Shown one piece after another: positions 18,113 to 26,964 of a DNA stretch of 64,000 nucleotides (its first letter is position 1; each line of letters opens with the position of its first letter). Below the pieces are notes generated by a model. It saw nothing but the letters and a program-made list of their open reading frames with translations, did not search any database and had not been told where the DNA came from. The translations under genes were made by a program, and so were the position numbers. Origin of the DNA: an uncultured Nitrososphaerota archaeon (GTDB lineage: Archaea > Thermoproteota > EX4484-205 > JAAOZP01); contig CAYQCW010000001.1 in NCBI GenBank assembly GCA_964416155.1, positions 1 through 64,000 on the forward strand, written 5' to 3'.

Positions 18113-19222
18113 GTGTCGAGAAACCCGAATATAAGCAGGCTGCTTAAAGTCCTTCTGAGAGAGGGAGAACCGGACAGAGTGCCTTTCTACGAGCATTTCG
18201 TAGACAACGAGGTTATTGAGGCTTTAACCGGCAAGCCGGTGTCTAAGGCTTTAGCCGAGGGAGGCTTGAGCTCAGAGAAATACCTAGAGACCCTGGTTGA
18301 CTTCTATGCTAGACTTGGATACGACTATGTTCCGATGGAGGTTTCCCCTAAACTTCCTAGGACGAACACTCTGCAGACGAACGATGTTGCTTATCTTTCC
18401 CGTGGGAAAAGGATTTGGCAGGATGAGAACAGGGGTGTGATTGAAACAATTGAGGATTTTGAAAAATACCCTTGGCCCAAACCGGAGGAAGCACTGGATT
18501 TTTCAGCATTTGAAAGGCTGAAGAGGAAACTGCCTGAAGGCATGGGGGTTGTGGGCGGGGTTGCCGGAGGTTTCTTCGAGCATGTGAGCTGGCTGATGGG
18601 GCTTGGAAAACTCTGCAGGGCTGTGCACCTAGACAGGAGGCTTGTTGAAAAAATGTTCAGCAGGGTCGCCTCGCTCATACTTGCTTTAGACGAGACAATA
18701 GTTAAGGAGGGGCATGTTGATGCTCTGAGAATGGGTGATGACCTAGGCTATAAGACCGGCACGTTCCTGCCGCCTAGGATTCTAAGGGAATACGTTTTCC
18801 CAAACTACAGGAGGCTGGCCGACTTGGCGCACGGGAGAGGGCTTCCCTTCATAATACATTCCTGTGGAAATCTGTATACTCCTGACGAAACTGGGAGAAC
18901 AGTGATGGATGATCTTGTAGAGAGTGTGGGGATAGATGCTAAACATTCTTTCGAGGACAACATAATGCCAGTATACGAGGTTAAGGAGAAGTACAGGGGG
19001 AAGATAGCGGTGTTGGGCGGTGTAGACATGAATAAGCTTGTTCAACTGCCGGAGAAAAACCTAAGGGAGCACGTTAGGCTAATTATTAAGAAGTGTGCTC
19101 CGGGAGGCGCCTATGCTCTAGGCTCTGGAAACACGATAGCCAACTATGTTCCTTTAGAAAACTATCTCGCGATGCTTGACGAAGGCTTTAAAAGTGGAGT
19201 ATATCCTCGAAACACGCGCTAA
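18113..19222 (+). CDS. Uroporphyrinogen decarboxylase / MtaA-fold family protein
   Basis: EPDRVP, YPWP, GDDLG, IHSCGN, LGGVD, GSGN...VPLENYLAM. Confidence 0.85.
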   Translation: MSRNPNISRLLKVLLREGEPDRVPFYEHFVDNEVIEALTGKPVSKALAEGGLSSEKYLETLVDFYARLGYDYVPMEVSPKLPRTNTLQTNDVAYLSRGKRIWQDENRGVIETIEDFEKYPWPKPEEALDFSAFERLKRKLPEGMGVVGGVAGGFFEHVSWLMGLGKLCRAVHLDRRLVEKMFSRVASLILALDETIVKEGHVDALRMGDDLGYKTGTFLPPRILREYVFPNYRRLADLAHGRGLPFIIHSCGNLYTPDETGRTVMDDLVESVGIDAKHSFEDNIMPVYEVKEKYRGKIAVLGGVDMNKLVQLPEKNLREHVRLIIKKCAPGGAYALGSGNTIANYVPLENYLAMLDEGFKSGVYPRNTR

Positions 19223-19272
19223 CTCCCCATCCTCGTAGGATCGTTGAACGATGTTGAGTGCAAGCTTTTTCA

Positions 19273-20430
19273 TTAAGTGCCGGACTTATCTAAGTGTTTG
19301 AAGTTCTCTCTCCTGATCGGATATCTTCCAACCTTTTTAGCGTATTCAACCTCGTACCTTAAGCGGTCAGGAGGCACGTTGGCATATGTCTCGCCACCAT
19401 TGTCGAAAACATAGCCGCCGCCAGGTGCAGCGTGAAATATGCATTTCTCAACTTCAAGCTCAATGTTTTCAAACGATCCGTTGACTAGAACCCTCCAGTC
19501 AGCGTTTCCGTTGAAGAACACTTTTCCCTTAAACGCTTCAGCAATCGTTTTAATATTGTTCTCAACACCCACATCAGCCTCGTTTATCCTGTAAACTTTA
19601 ACAAGTATGTCTGTTATGTGATCCATGTGTGAATCCATGTGCAGGTAGCGGTGATTAGTGCCGTGCCGCTCATAAAGCCTCAGATTGTAAGGCACCGTGA
19701 ACTCCTCGTACATCCTCCTATTCAAATAGCCTGAATGATCATCTGCCAAGCCGAGGCTTCCTGGCCCTGTTCCTGAAACCTCATAGCAGTATTCCTGAAG
19801 AACGTTGAAAACCTCCTCCAGTTTTCTGAAAAGCCTATGCATCTCACCAGGGTTCTCATAGATCCACCGGTATAGTTTTTCAGGCCCAATTAAAGAGCCG
19901 GCCGCTGAAACCGGCGGGTGTATCTGAAGCCAGCCTCCGACTGGAAGACCCTCATAGTTTTTCCGAGCAAGCTCTCTAAACTTTTCAAGCTTCTCATAAT
20001 AGGCTTGAATCCCCCTGTGGCGATGCGGATCCGGAACCTCCAGCCTGTCAATATCCTCAAGAGTCTTAATCCTAGGGATTATCCAGGGGCTGAGCCAAGG
20101 GTTCCTCTCATCCGGCATTTCAATCTTGCAGTCGAAAACAATGCCTTCAGATACTGCTCCAAGGTCGAGATGCACCCCTATTCCTGTTAAATCATCCTTA
20201 AGCCATCTGAGCCTCCATTTCAACCCTTTCACCTGAGCATCCAGCATTATACTTATGTCGTTGTAATATTCGGCAAAAGTATAGTCGAAGAGCCTAGCAT
20301 AATATGGACCCCCCAGCCCTATGAGAACCGGAACCCTGTCAGGCTCCTTAAACTGGGCTGCTTCCTCCAAACGCTTCCCATTCTCATCGAGAATGCTTGA
20401 ATACTTGACTCGGTTGAAAGGCTCCATCAA
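19273..20430 (-). CDS. Uroporphyrinogen decarboxylase / MtaA-fold family protein
   Basis: EPDRVPV, LADD, YLHMDS, GN, APGGGYV motifs. Confidence 0.8.
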   Translation of the reverse strand: MMEPFNRVKYSSILDENGKRLEEAAQFKEPDRVPVLIGLGGPYYARLFDYTFAEYYNDISIMLDAQVKGLKWRLRWLKDDLTGIGVHLDLGAVSEGIVFDCKIEMPDERNPWLSPWIIPRIKTLEDIDRLEVPDPHRHRGIQAYYEKLEKFRELARKNYEGLPVGGWLQIHPPVSAAGSLIGPEKLYRWIYENPGEMHRLFRKLEEVFNVLQEYCYEVSGTGPGSLGLADDHSGYLNRRMYEEFTVPYNLRLYERHGTNHRYLHMDSHMDHITDILVKVYRINEADVGVENNIKTIAEAFKGKVFFNGNADWRVLVNGSFENIELEVEKCIFHAAPGGGYVFDNGGETYANVPPDRLRYEVEYAKKVGRYPIRRENFKHLDKSGT

Positions 20431-20569
20431 GAATGCTCGATAAAGCTTCCTATTAAAAGTTAGGCCGCTAAACGAATATGACTAGGAATGCCCATATGCT
20501 TGTTTCTAAGACAACTAGTGGCGATGCTCTTAAATATGTCTGCAGGTAGGTGGAAAAGGTGACAGGCTG

Positions 20570-22528
20570 ATGAAGGATAGAATCTTCCCCGCTTTCAAGA
20601 AGCCCGGGAAGCTTAGAGTACTTGACGTCCGCCCGTATTCTTGGCATGAACAGATGACGATAACTTGCGCACAGGGCTTGATCAACCGTATTAAGCCAAG
20701 AGTCTATCTGGTGTTCGACGATTACGTTGACAGGCTGTGGCTGTCAATCTACAGGAAAAGATACGGGGTGAAGCATGAGGAGGTTAACAGCCTCTACGAG
20801 CTACTATCATCCTTTAGAAAGGAAATAGCAGGGTTCGTGGTTTACGACGATAACATGCTGCACTCTGCAAACGTAGCGATGACTTACGGGAGTATTCTCA
20901 ACGCGGTTCCAGCATCCCCAGAAGTTGCGGAAAGGCTTTCTGAAGCAGGCTTCAGGAGAGTAGCCGACTTCAGGGGGAGATGGGGAGACAGGCTTGAAGC
21001 CTACGAATGGGCTTTTCAAAACTTGATGCAGCAGTGCAACAGGAGGATTGTTGGAAGCATGTGTGTGGACCCCCCTTTAACCTCCTTCACGAATAAGCAT
21101 CATGTTAGAGATTATCTTGTTGCTGTGAAAGCATTCTCGTTCGATCTCTCCACCAAGATTAGGGACCGCCGCGAAGTAGAATCGTTCGACAGAATACTCA
21201 GCTCTTTCGACTCTCTGGGGGTGGTTTTAGGATGGCACTGCATCAGGGACCTGGAGTCAGAGGCTGTTGCAAGAGCCTCTAGAAACGGTTTCTTCGTGCT
21301 TTGCAACCTGCATTCTCCAAACTTGACTGTCCACTCGGGCATAAAGACCGATTTCAAGTTTAAACAGAAACATGCCAGCAAAGTAGAATTGGAGAATAAG
21401 GTTTACGTGGTTTTCGTACAGTCAGACGGGGATGCTATTTGGGCGATGAACAATTTTCAAAACCTTAACTGGCTTGACAGCCAGAGGGGAAGGTTCCCGT
21501 ACACGTGGGAGGTCCAACCCCTGCTGGTGGACCTAGCTCCCGGGATGCTGGAACACTACTATAGGACTGCGGCTTCCAACGACTATTTCATAGCGGGGCC
21601 ATCTGGAGCAGGCTATACGGCGCCAAGTCTTAACAAGCGTCTCGACGAGTTCCTCGAGCATACTAGAAGGTATATGGAGGCATGCGGTTTGAAGTCTATA
21701 TTGATCATGAACCGTAACCCCCGGGTGGCTTACCAGGAGCTTGAAGACCCGAGAATCCCCGAGGCCTTTGCCAAAAAGCTTGAAAACTGTTATGGATTTC
21801 TGCATGGCTACGCGGGGTCAGCTTTCGAGCAGGCCGTCTTCGCTAACAATACGCCCTATGTTCACACCACACTCTACGCTTCAGCCTCAACCGATATTCT
21901 GAAAGAGCTGAAGAGGCTTGTGGAAGGCTGTGGGACACGACCATTATTCGTCTCAATCCACGTTAGAGAGGAGGTTAAAATGCCAGTTTTACGCAGCGTA
22001 ATAGAAAAACTGGATAGGGAAACATACAGGGTTGTGAAGATGGATGAATTCATGCTTGCCTTGAAAAAGGCGTATGAAAAAGGTCTGTTTAGACAAGGCT
22101 TCTCACAATCAGCCGGAGAGTCTCTGAAGGAAAACGGTAGAACAATTTGGGAAAACTATCACCAGAGGGTTGAACGCCTGGAGAAGCTGGTTGAAACGAA
22201 TGAGCAGGAAATGCTTGCGGAGTACGACTCCGGCGGATATGGTTTAACCATGGAGGAGTTGCCGGATTTTCTGGCTTACGACGCAGTTGAGACAGCACTA
22301 CGGCTTGTCCAGGCAGCGCTGAACAATAAGGGGGTCTACGTGAACAGTATTGAGAAGAGCATTGAAGATTTTCTGAAAGAGTATAGCGAGCTTCCTGATG
22401 CTCAGGTAGTTGAAACAGTTTTCGAAACATGGAGAAACTGGGAGAGAGTCAAGTGCAGCATGGAAGAGGCAAGGACACTGGCGAGAAGAGTAATCGGGTT
22501 TGCGAAGACCCTCAGCGAAAAACTTTAG
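20570..22528 (+). CDS. GxGYxYP-domain putative glycoside hydrolase with C-terminal helical extension
   Basis: QGLINR..PRVYL, VLGW, SDGD, YYRTA..NDYFIAGPSGAGY..P; no signal peptide. Confidence 0.8.
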   Translation: MKDRIFPAFKKPGKLRVLDVRPYSWHEQMTITCAQGLINRIKPRVYLVFDDYVDRLWLSIYRKRYGVKHEEVNSLYELLSSFRKEIAGFVVYDDNMLHSANVAMTYGSILNAVPASPEVAERLSEAGFRRVADFRGRWGDRLEAYEWAFQNLMQQCNRRIVGSMCVDPPLTSFTNKHHVRDYLVAVKAFSFDLSTKIRDRREVESFDRILSSFDSLGVVLGWHCIRDLESEAVARASRNGFFVLCNLHSPNLTVHSGIKTDFKFKQKHASKVELENKVYVVFVQSDGDAIWAMNNFQNLNWLDSQRGRFPYTWEVQPLLVDLAPGMLEHYYRTAASNDYFIAGPSGAGYTAPSLNKRLDEFLEHTRRYMEACGLKSILIMNRNPRVAYQELEDPRIPEAFAKKLENCYGFLHGYAGSAFEQAVFANNTPYVHTTLYASASTDILKELKRLVEGCGTRPLFVSIHVREEVKMPVLRSVIEKLDRETYRVVKMDEFMLALKKAYEKGLFRQGFSQSAGESLKENGRTIWENYHQRVERLEKLVETNEQEMLAEYDSGGYGLTMEELPDFLAYDAVETALRLVQAALNNKGVYVNSIEKSIEDFLKEYSELPDAQVVETVFETWRNWERVKCSMEEARTLARRVIGFAKTLSEKL

Positions 22529-22580
22529 AAGGCTTTCAAATGCTTTAGCTATGTGGGTGCGCTAAACTCTCCAGCCACGG

Positions 22581-22961
22581 TCATGCGAGAAGCACAGCGA
22601 CAGCTATTGCAACATCGCTCGTCCTATCGTGGCTTAAGCTGATCAAAATGTTTCTCGCACCCTTCTCGCGAAGAAGATTGAGGAGGGGTTCGCTCATGAC
22701 CACCCTAACCTCTTGGTCGACGGCCTCAATCTCAACACCCCTCCACCCAAGCCGACTCCTGCTAGCATGGCCTATTGCTTTAAAAACAGCCTCCTTGGCT
22801 GCAAACCTTGCAGCCAGCTTCTCATAAGAATAGCCTGATTGAAAACAGTATTCAAGCTCTCTTTCTGTGAAAACCCTTTTTAGAAAACTTGCACCACCTT
22901 TTTCTATAGCCCTTTTAACCCTGCTTATCGAAACAACGTCTACGCCAACCCCGATTATCAA
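22581..22961 (-). CDS. acpS: Holo-[acyl-carrier-protein] synthase (AcpS-type phosphopantetheinyl transferase)
   Basis: GVGVDVV, FTERE, LAARFAAKEAVFKA, ISLSHD; 126 aa. Confidence 0.95.
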   Translation of the reverse strand: MIIGVGVDVVSISRVKRAIEKGGASFLKRVFTERELEYCFQSGYSYEKLAARFAAKEAVFKAIGHASRSRLGWRGVEIEAVDQEVRVVMSEPLLNLLREKGARNILISLSHDRTSDVAIAVAVLLA

Positions 22962-22976
22962 GCCTACCTAGACGCG

Positions 22977-23222
22977 TTAGCGCCCTGCCTGAGCCAGCTT
23001 AGCCTTTATGTACTCCACAACCTGTCCGACCGTCTGGTTTTTCTCCGCCTCTTCCTCAGGTATCTCCAGGTTGAAAGCCTCCTCAAATGTTGCAATAAGT
23101 TCAACAGAGTCTATGGACTCGGCCATAAGGTCGTCCACAAGAGAAGTGTCATCCTTCAAGCTCTCAACGCTTACGCGGAAGTGTTCAGCTATGATCTTCT
23201 TAACCTTCTCCTCAACCGACAT
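22977..23222 (-). CDS. acpP: Acyl carrier protein
   Basis: 81 aa, acidic. DDLMAESIDSVELIATFEEAFNLEIPEEEAEK aligns to the canonical DLGADSLDTVEL...EEEF..EIPDEEAEK; predicted Ppant site Ser36. Confidence 0.92.
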   Translation of the reverse strand: MSVEEKVKKIIAEHFRVSVESLKDDTSLVDDLMAESIDSVELIATFEEAFNLEIPEEEAEKNQTVGQVVEYIKAKLAQAGR

Positions 23223-23223
23223 T

Positions 23224-24507
23224 CTATAGACCTCCTCGCTCCAATCTCGCCTCTGCCTTCCTTATTAAAGTTTCCCTATCTTCCCTAGTGTCCTGATATA
23301 TTTTCTCAAGCATTCTGACATAGTTCTCCGACATTACGATTGACCTCCTGGACATAACCCTCTTCTCCGCCTCAATGGTCCTTCTGAAGCCAGCCCCCCT
23401 TCTCAACCTCCCCTCAGCATACCAGCAGAAGCTGGGAATATATTTTGGAAGAACCTCCCCGCCGAGGAGAACGCATGCTATCCCGACAACAGTCCCAGTG
23501 TTCATCAGACAGCCTATGCCAAACTTCGTATGATCCCCTATGAAGCTGCCTACCTTTATGTCTCCAGTGTCCATGAGCCTACCCTTAACGTAGACGTCAA
23601 CACTGCTGTAATCGTTCTTCAAATCGCTATTAGTGGTGAGAGCGCCAATGTTAACCCACTCACCCACATACGCATGGCCGAGGAAACCCGTATGATACTT
23701 GTTAGAATAACCCTGGATGATGCTTGCCTCAACCTCTCCGCCAACCCGGCAGACAGGCCCTATGCTCGTCTCCTCCCTTATGTTTCCGCGAACGATCCAA
23801 GTATCCCTACCGATGTAGCAGGGGCCCTCCACACGGCTGAACGGGTATATCCGTGCACCTTCGTCAACCATTATTGGGCCGGAGCTAGTGTCCAGCACAA
23901 CGAAAGGATGTATGTCTGCACTCTTACTAACGTGAAGCATGCTCTTATCGCCGACGACAACAATCCTCTCCTCCAAAGCTTTAACCCCCTCCTTCTTAGA
24001 CCAGTATGCTTCGAAATCCTCCTTAAGCAACTCGTGATTATACTCGACGAGATGCCAAGGGTATTCCACCATCCGGGCATCAACCTGCTTAATGCTGAGC
24101 TCAGACATCAGTTTTTCAATAGTCTTCTGAAGAGTATCCGAGAGGTTTTTCCTAATGGTTTCCCTCTTGACGCGAATATACACGACATCACCCTTACAAA
24201 TGGCGATGGCCTCATCATCATCCTTGAACGGGAGGCGGCCTTTTTCGGGAAGCCACCTGCCGTTAACTAGAATAGCGTCATCCCTACTCAGATCCTCTAG
24301 GCTGTTAACAACAGCGTTTCCAAGCCTTTCCCTTAGAACCGGCGCCAAGTGGTCCCTGAGGAAAAAAGAGGTTTCCACACTAGGATTGACCCTCCTGATT
24401 CTCTCAACCAGCGTCATCGACCCGCATCTCAGCTCGAAAGTAGCCCTTGTAAGCGTTAACGGGTAAAGAAAGTCGTACTTCTCATCCTCGAACAGGCAGA
24501 CCTTCAA
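23224..24507 (-). CDS. GlmU-related protein: degenerate nucleotidyltransferase-like domain plus left-handed beta-helix acyltransferase
   Basis: N-terminal LFED...LYPLTLTR..FELRCG, VNGR, YPW. LbH region with GGEVEAS...SNKYHTGFLGHAYVGEWVNIGA.TTNSDLKN and GSFIGDHTK. Confidence 0.85.
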   Translation of the reverse strand: MKVCLFEDEKYDFLYPLTLTRATFELRCGSMTLVERIRRVNPSVETSFFLRDHLAPVLRERLGNAVVNSLEDLSRDDAILVNGRWLPEKGRLPFKDDDEAIAICKGDVVYIRVKRETIRKNLSDTLQKTIEKLMSELSIKQVDARMVEYPWHLVEYNHELLKEDFEAYWSKKEGVKALEERIVVVGDKSMLHVSKSADIHPFVVLDTSSGPIMVDEGARIYPFSRVEGPCYIGRDTWIVRGNIREETSIGPVCRVGGEVEASIIQGYSNKYHTGFLGHAYVGEWVNIGALTTNSDLKNDYSSVDVYVKGRLMDTGDIKVGSFIGDHTKFGIGCLMNTGTVVGIACVLLGGEVLPKYIPSFCWYAEGRLRRGAGFRRTIEAEKRVMSRRSIVMSENYVRMLEKIYQDTREDRETLIRKAEARLERGGL

Positions 24508-24536
24508 TCGTTCTCACCGCTACCAGCTTCATGTTT

Positions 24537-25739
24537 TTAATGGTTTAATAAGTGTTTCCTAGTCTCCTCAGCGATAGCAAGCTCCTCATCGGTCGGTATA
24601 ACTAGAACCTTAACCTTAGACTCCTCTCTGCTTATTACTCCGGTTCTGCCCACCATGGCCCTGTTCGCATCCTCGTCGATCTTCAACCCTAGGAAACCCA
24701 TGTTGCCGCATATCATTCCTCTCATGAGGGGATCGTTCTCACCTATCCCCCCTGTAAAGACCAGCACGTCTAGCCCGTCAAGCACCGCAGCGTAGGCACC
24801 TATATACTTCCTAGCCCTGTAAGCGAAGATCTCGAGAGCGAGCCTAGCCCTCTTGCTGCCCGCCTCAGCCTCCTTCTCCACATCCCTGACGTCGTTGCTA
24901 ACGCCTGAAATACCCAGCAGCCCACTCTTCTTGTTAAGCAGGTCCTCAACCTCTCTAGGGGAGAAGCCCTCGCCGATCAGGTAGAAAACTATCGACGGAT
25001 CTATGTCCCCACTCCTAGTCCCCATGACTAAGCCTTCCATCGGAGTGAAACCCATGCTAGTGTCTATTGAGCGGCCGTTCTTAACGGCAGTGACGCTGCA
25101 CCCGCTTCCGAGATGACATGTTATCATCCTGAGTTTCTCAATAGGCTCGCCGAGTATTTCAGCAGCCTTCTGGGCAACATACTTGTGGCTTGTCCCGTGG
25201 AAACCGTATCTCCTGATTCCGAACTTCTCGTAAAGCTCATAGGGTATGGCGTAGAGATAGGCTGTTTCAGACATTGTCTGGTGGAAAGCAGTGTCGAACA
25301 CCGCCACTTGGGGAACGCTTGGAAGAAGGCTTCGCGCAGCCTCCATACCCGCTATGTTGGGAGGATTATGGAGTGGAGCCAGTCTAGCCCATTTCCTAAG
25401 AACCTTCAGAACATTCTCGTCGACAATCGTGGATTCGAAGAAAGTATCCCCACCGTGAACAACCCTGTGTCCAACGGCAACTATCTCCTTTAGCGAACAA
25501 ATAGCCTTGGGCTCAGCCTCGAGGAGAACCCTGAGGATGATCTCAAGGCCCTGCCTGTGGTTGGAAACATCAACCTCTCTCCTCGCCACTATTCCACCGG
25601 CCTCATGCCTTAGAACTGCCGGCATGCTCCCAATCCTCTCCAACAAGCCGCTGGCGACGCCCTTCAGCGAATCGGCGTCGAAAAGCTTGTATTTTATGGA
25701 GGAACTACCGCAGTTTACGACGAGTATTTTCCTCAACAA
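24537..25739 (-). CDS. ackA: Acetate kinase
   Basis: NCGSSSIK, GHRVVHGG, APLHNP, FDTAFH, RYGFHGTSH, TDEE. Confidence 0.97.
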   Translation of the reverse strand: MLRKILVVNCGSSSIKYKLFDADSLKGVASGLLERIGSMPAVLRHEAGGIVARREVDVSNHRQGLEIILRVLLEAEPKAICSLKEIVAVGHRVVHGGDTFFESTIVDENVLKVLRKWARLAPLHNPPNIAGMEAARSLLPSVPQVAVFDTAFHQTMSETAYLYAIPYELYEKFGIRRYGFHGTSHKYVAQKAAEILGEPIEKLRMITCHLGSGCSVTAVKNGRSIDTSMGFTPMEGLVMGTRSGDIDPSIVFYLIGEGFSPREVEDLLNKKSGLLGISGVSNDVRDVEKEAEAGSKRARLALEIFAYRARKYIGAYAAVLDGLDVLVFTGGIGENDPLMRGMICGNMGFLGLKIDEDANRAMVGRTGVISREESKVKVLVIPTDEELAIAEETRKHLLNH

Positions 25740-25742
25740 CCG

Positions 25743-26747
25743 TCACCCGGTTGACTGAGCTAGAACAGAGACAACAGCCGTAGCCCCGACAACGTCTTCA
25801 ACCTTAGCACCCCTTGAAAGATCGCTGACAGGCTTCTTGAAACCTTGGAGAATAGGCCCATAGGCCCCGGCCCCAGCCACATGTTGAGTAAGCTTGTACG
25901 CAATGTTTCCAGCATCCAGGTCTGGGAATATCAGGATGTTCGCCCTCCCCGCCACTGGGCCGAGATCCCTCATCTTCTTCCTGGCGACATCGATTACGAG
26001 CGCCGCGTCAGCCTGAAGCTCCCCGTCAACCTTGATTTCAGGCACCCGCCTCTTAACGAGCTCAGTGGCCCTAACCACCTTATTCACAAGAGGGTGTATA
26101 GCGCTACCCTTTGTTGAGAAGGAGAGCATCGCAACCCTCGGCTCCCAGCCTAAGAGCCTGCTGGCGCTTCTCGCAGTAGCTATAGCTATGTCCGCAAGCT
26201 GCTCAGGAGTCGGGTCCGGGTTTACGGCAGCGTCAGCGTAAACAAGGACACCGTTTTCACCAATACTCTTGTTCCCAGTCTCCATTATGAAGAAGCTTGA
26301 AGGTGTTTCAACCCCCTCCTCGTACCCGATTACAAGATGACTGGCCTTAATAACGTTTGCAGTAGTGGTGGAGGCGCCGGCAACCATTGCGTCAGCCAAA
26401 CCAGTCTTAACCATCATGCAAGCAAAGTAGAGCGGCTTGCCGAGTATTCTTCTCGCAACAGCCTCGCTAACATTCTTCTCCTCCCGGGCTCTGCAGTAAT
26501 CCTTGACGAAGCTATCTAAATAGCCGGAGGCCGCCAGGTCTACGACTTCAACCCCGGTTAGGGATAAGCCTAATTCGACAGCATTCTTCTCCACTGTTTC
26601 CCTCGAGCCCAGCAGTATTGGTTTTGCAACACCCTGCTCCACGGAGGCGACGGCCGCCCTCAGTATTCTCTCGTCTTCAGGCTCCGGCAGAACAATCCTC
26701 ATCGGCTTCTCCCTAGCCCTATTCTTTATCAGCTGGATTACCGACAA
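25743..26747 (-). CDS. pta: Phosphate acetyltransferase (catalytic-only type)
   Basis: [43 protein letters not shown]. Confidence 0.95.
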   Translation of the reverse strand: MSVIQLIKNRAREKPMRIVLPEPEDERILRAAVASVEQGVAKPILLGSRETVEKNAVELGLSLTGVEVVDLAASGYLDSFVKDYCRAREEKNVSEAVARRILGKPLYFACMMVKTGLADAMVAGASTTTANVIKASHLVIGYEEGVETPSSFFIMETGNKSIGENGVLVYADAAVNPDPTPEQLADIAIATARSASRLLGWEPRVAMLSFSTKGSAIHPLVNKVVRATELVKRRVPEIKVDGELQADAALVIDVARKKMRDLGPVAGRANILIFPDLDAGNIAYKLTQHVAGAGAYGPILQGFKKPVSDLSRGAKVEDVVGATAVVSVLAQSTG

Positions 26748-26964
26748 CCCGTCGGGGGAAACCTTAGGAATTTAATAAACTTTTTGCGTTAAACATCGTC
26801 TATGAGCACAGTTCATTAGCCGGAGGCTTCACCAACCGGTTCTTTCATAATGCTGAGCAAAAACTGCTTTAGGCAAACACTGGCATCCGCGTTCCCTGCA
26901 TCAACATAGCCAGAAACAGTCAACAGGAAAGCCTTTTAAAAAGGGAGCATAATAATAAGCTGGG

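Noticed and set aside
22581-23222. Fatty-acid or polyketide synthase cluster
   Set aside because: No KS, AT, KR, DH, ER or adenylation-domain gene in the window; only the carrier and its PPTase.
23530-24270. Long antisense ORFs (e.g. 23530..24270, 50351..50986, 3101..3691, 55616..56107)
   Set aside because: They are shadows of well-supported genes on the opposite strand, with no motifs of their own.
26790-26910. Possible third tnpB-end relic (minus strand GGTGAAGCCTCCGGCTAATGAAC)
   Set aside because: Only about 10 nt resemble the other two copies, and there is no right-end motif; too weak to call.
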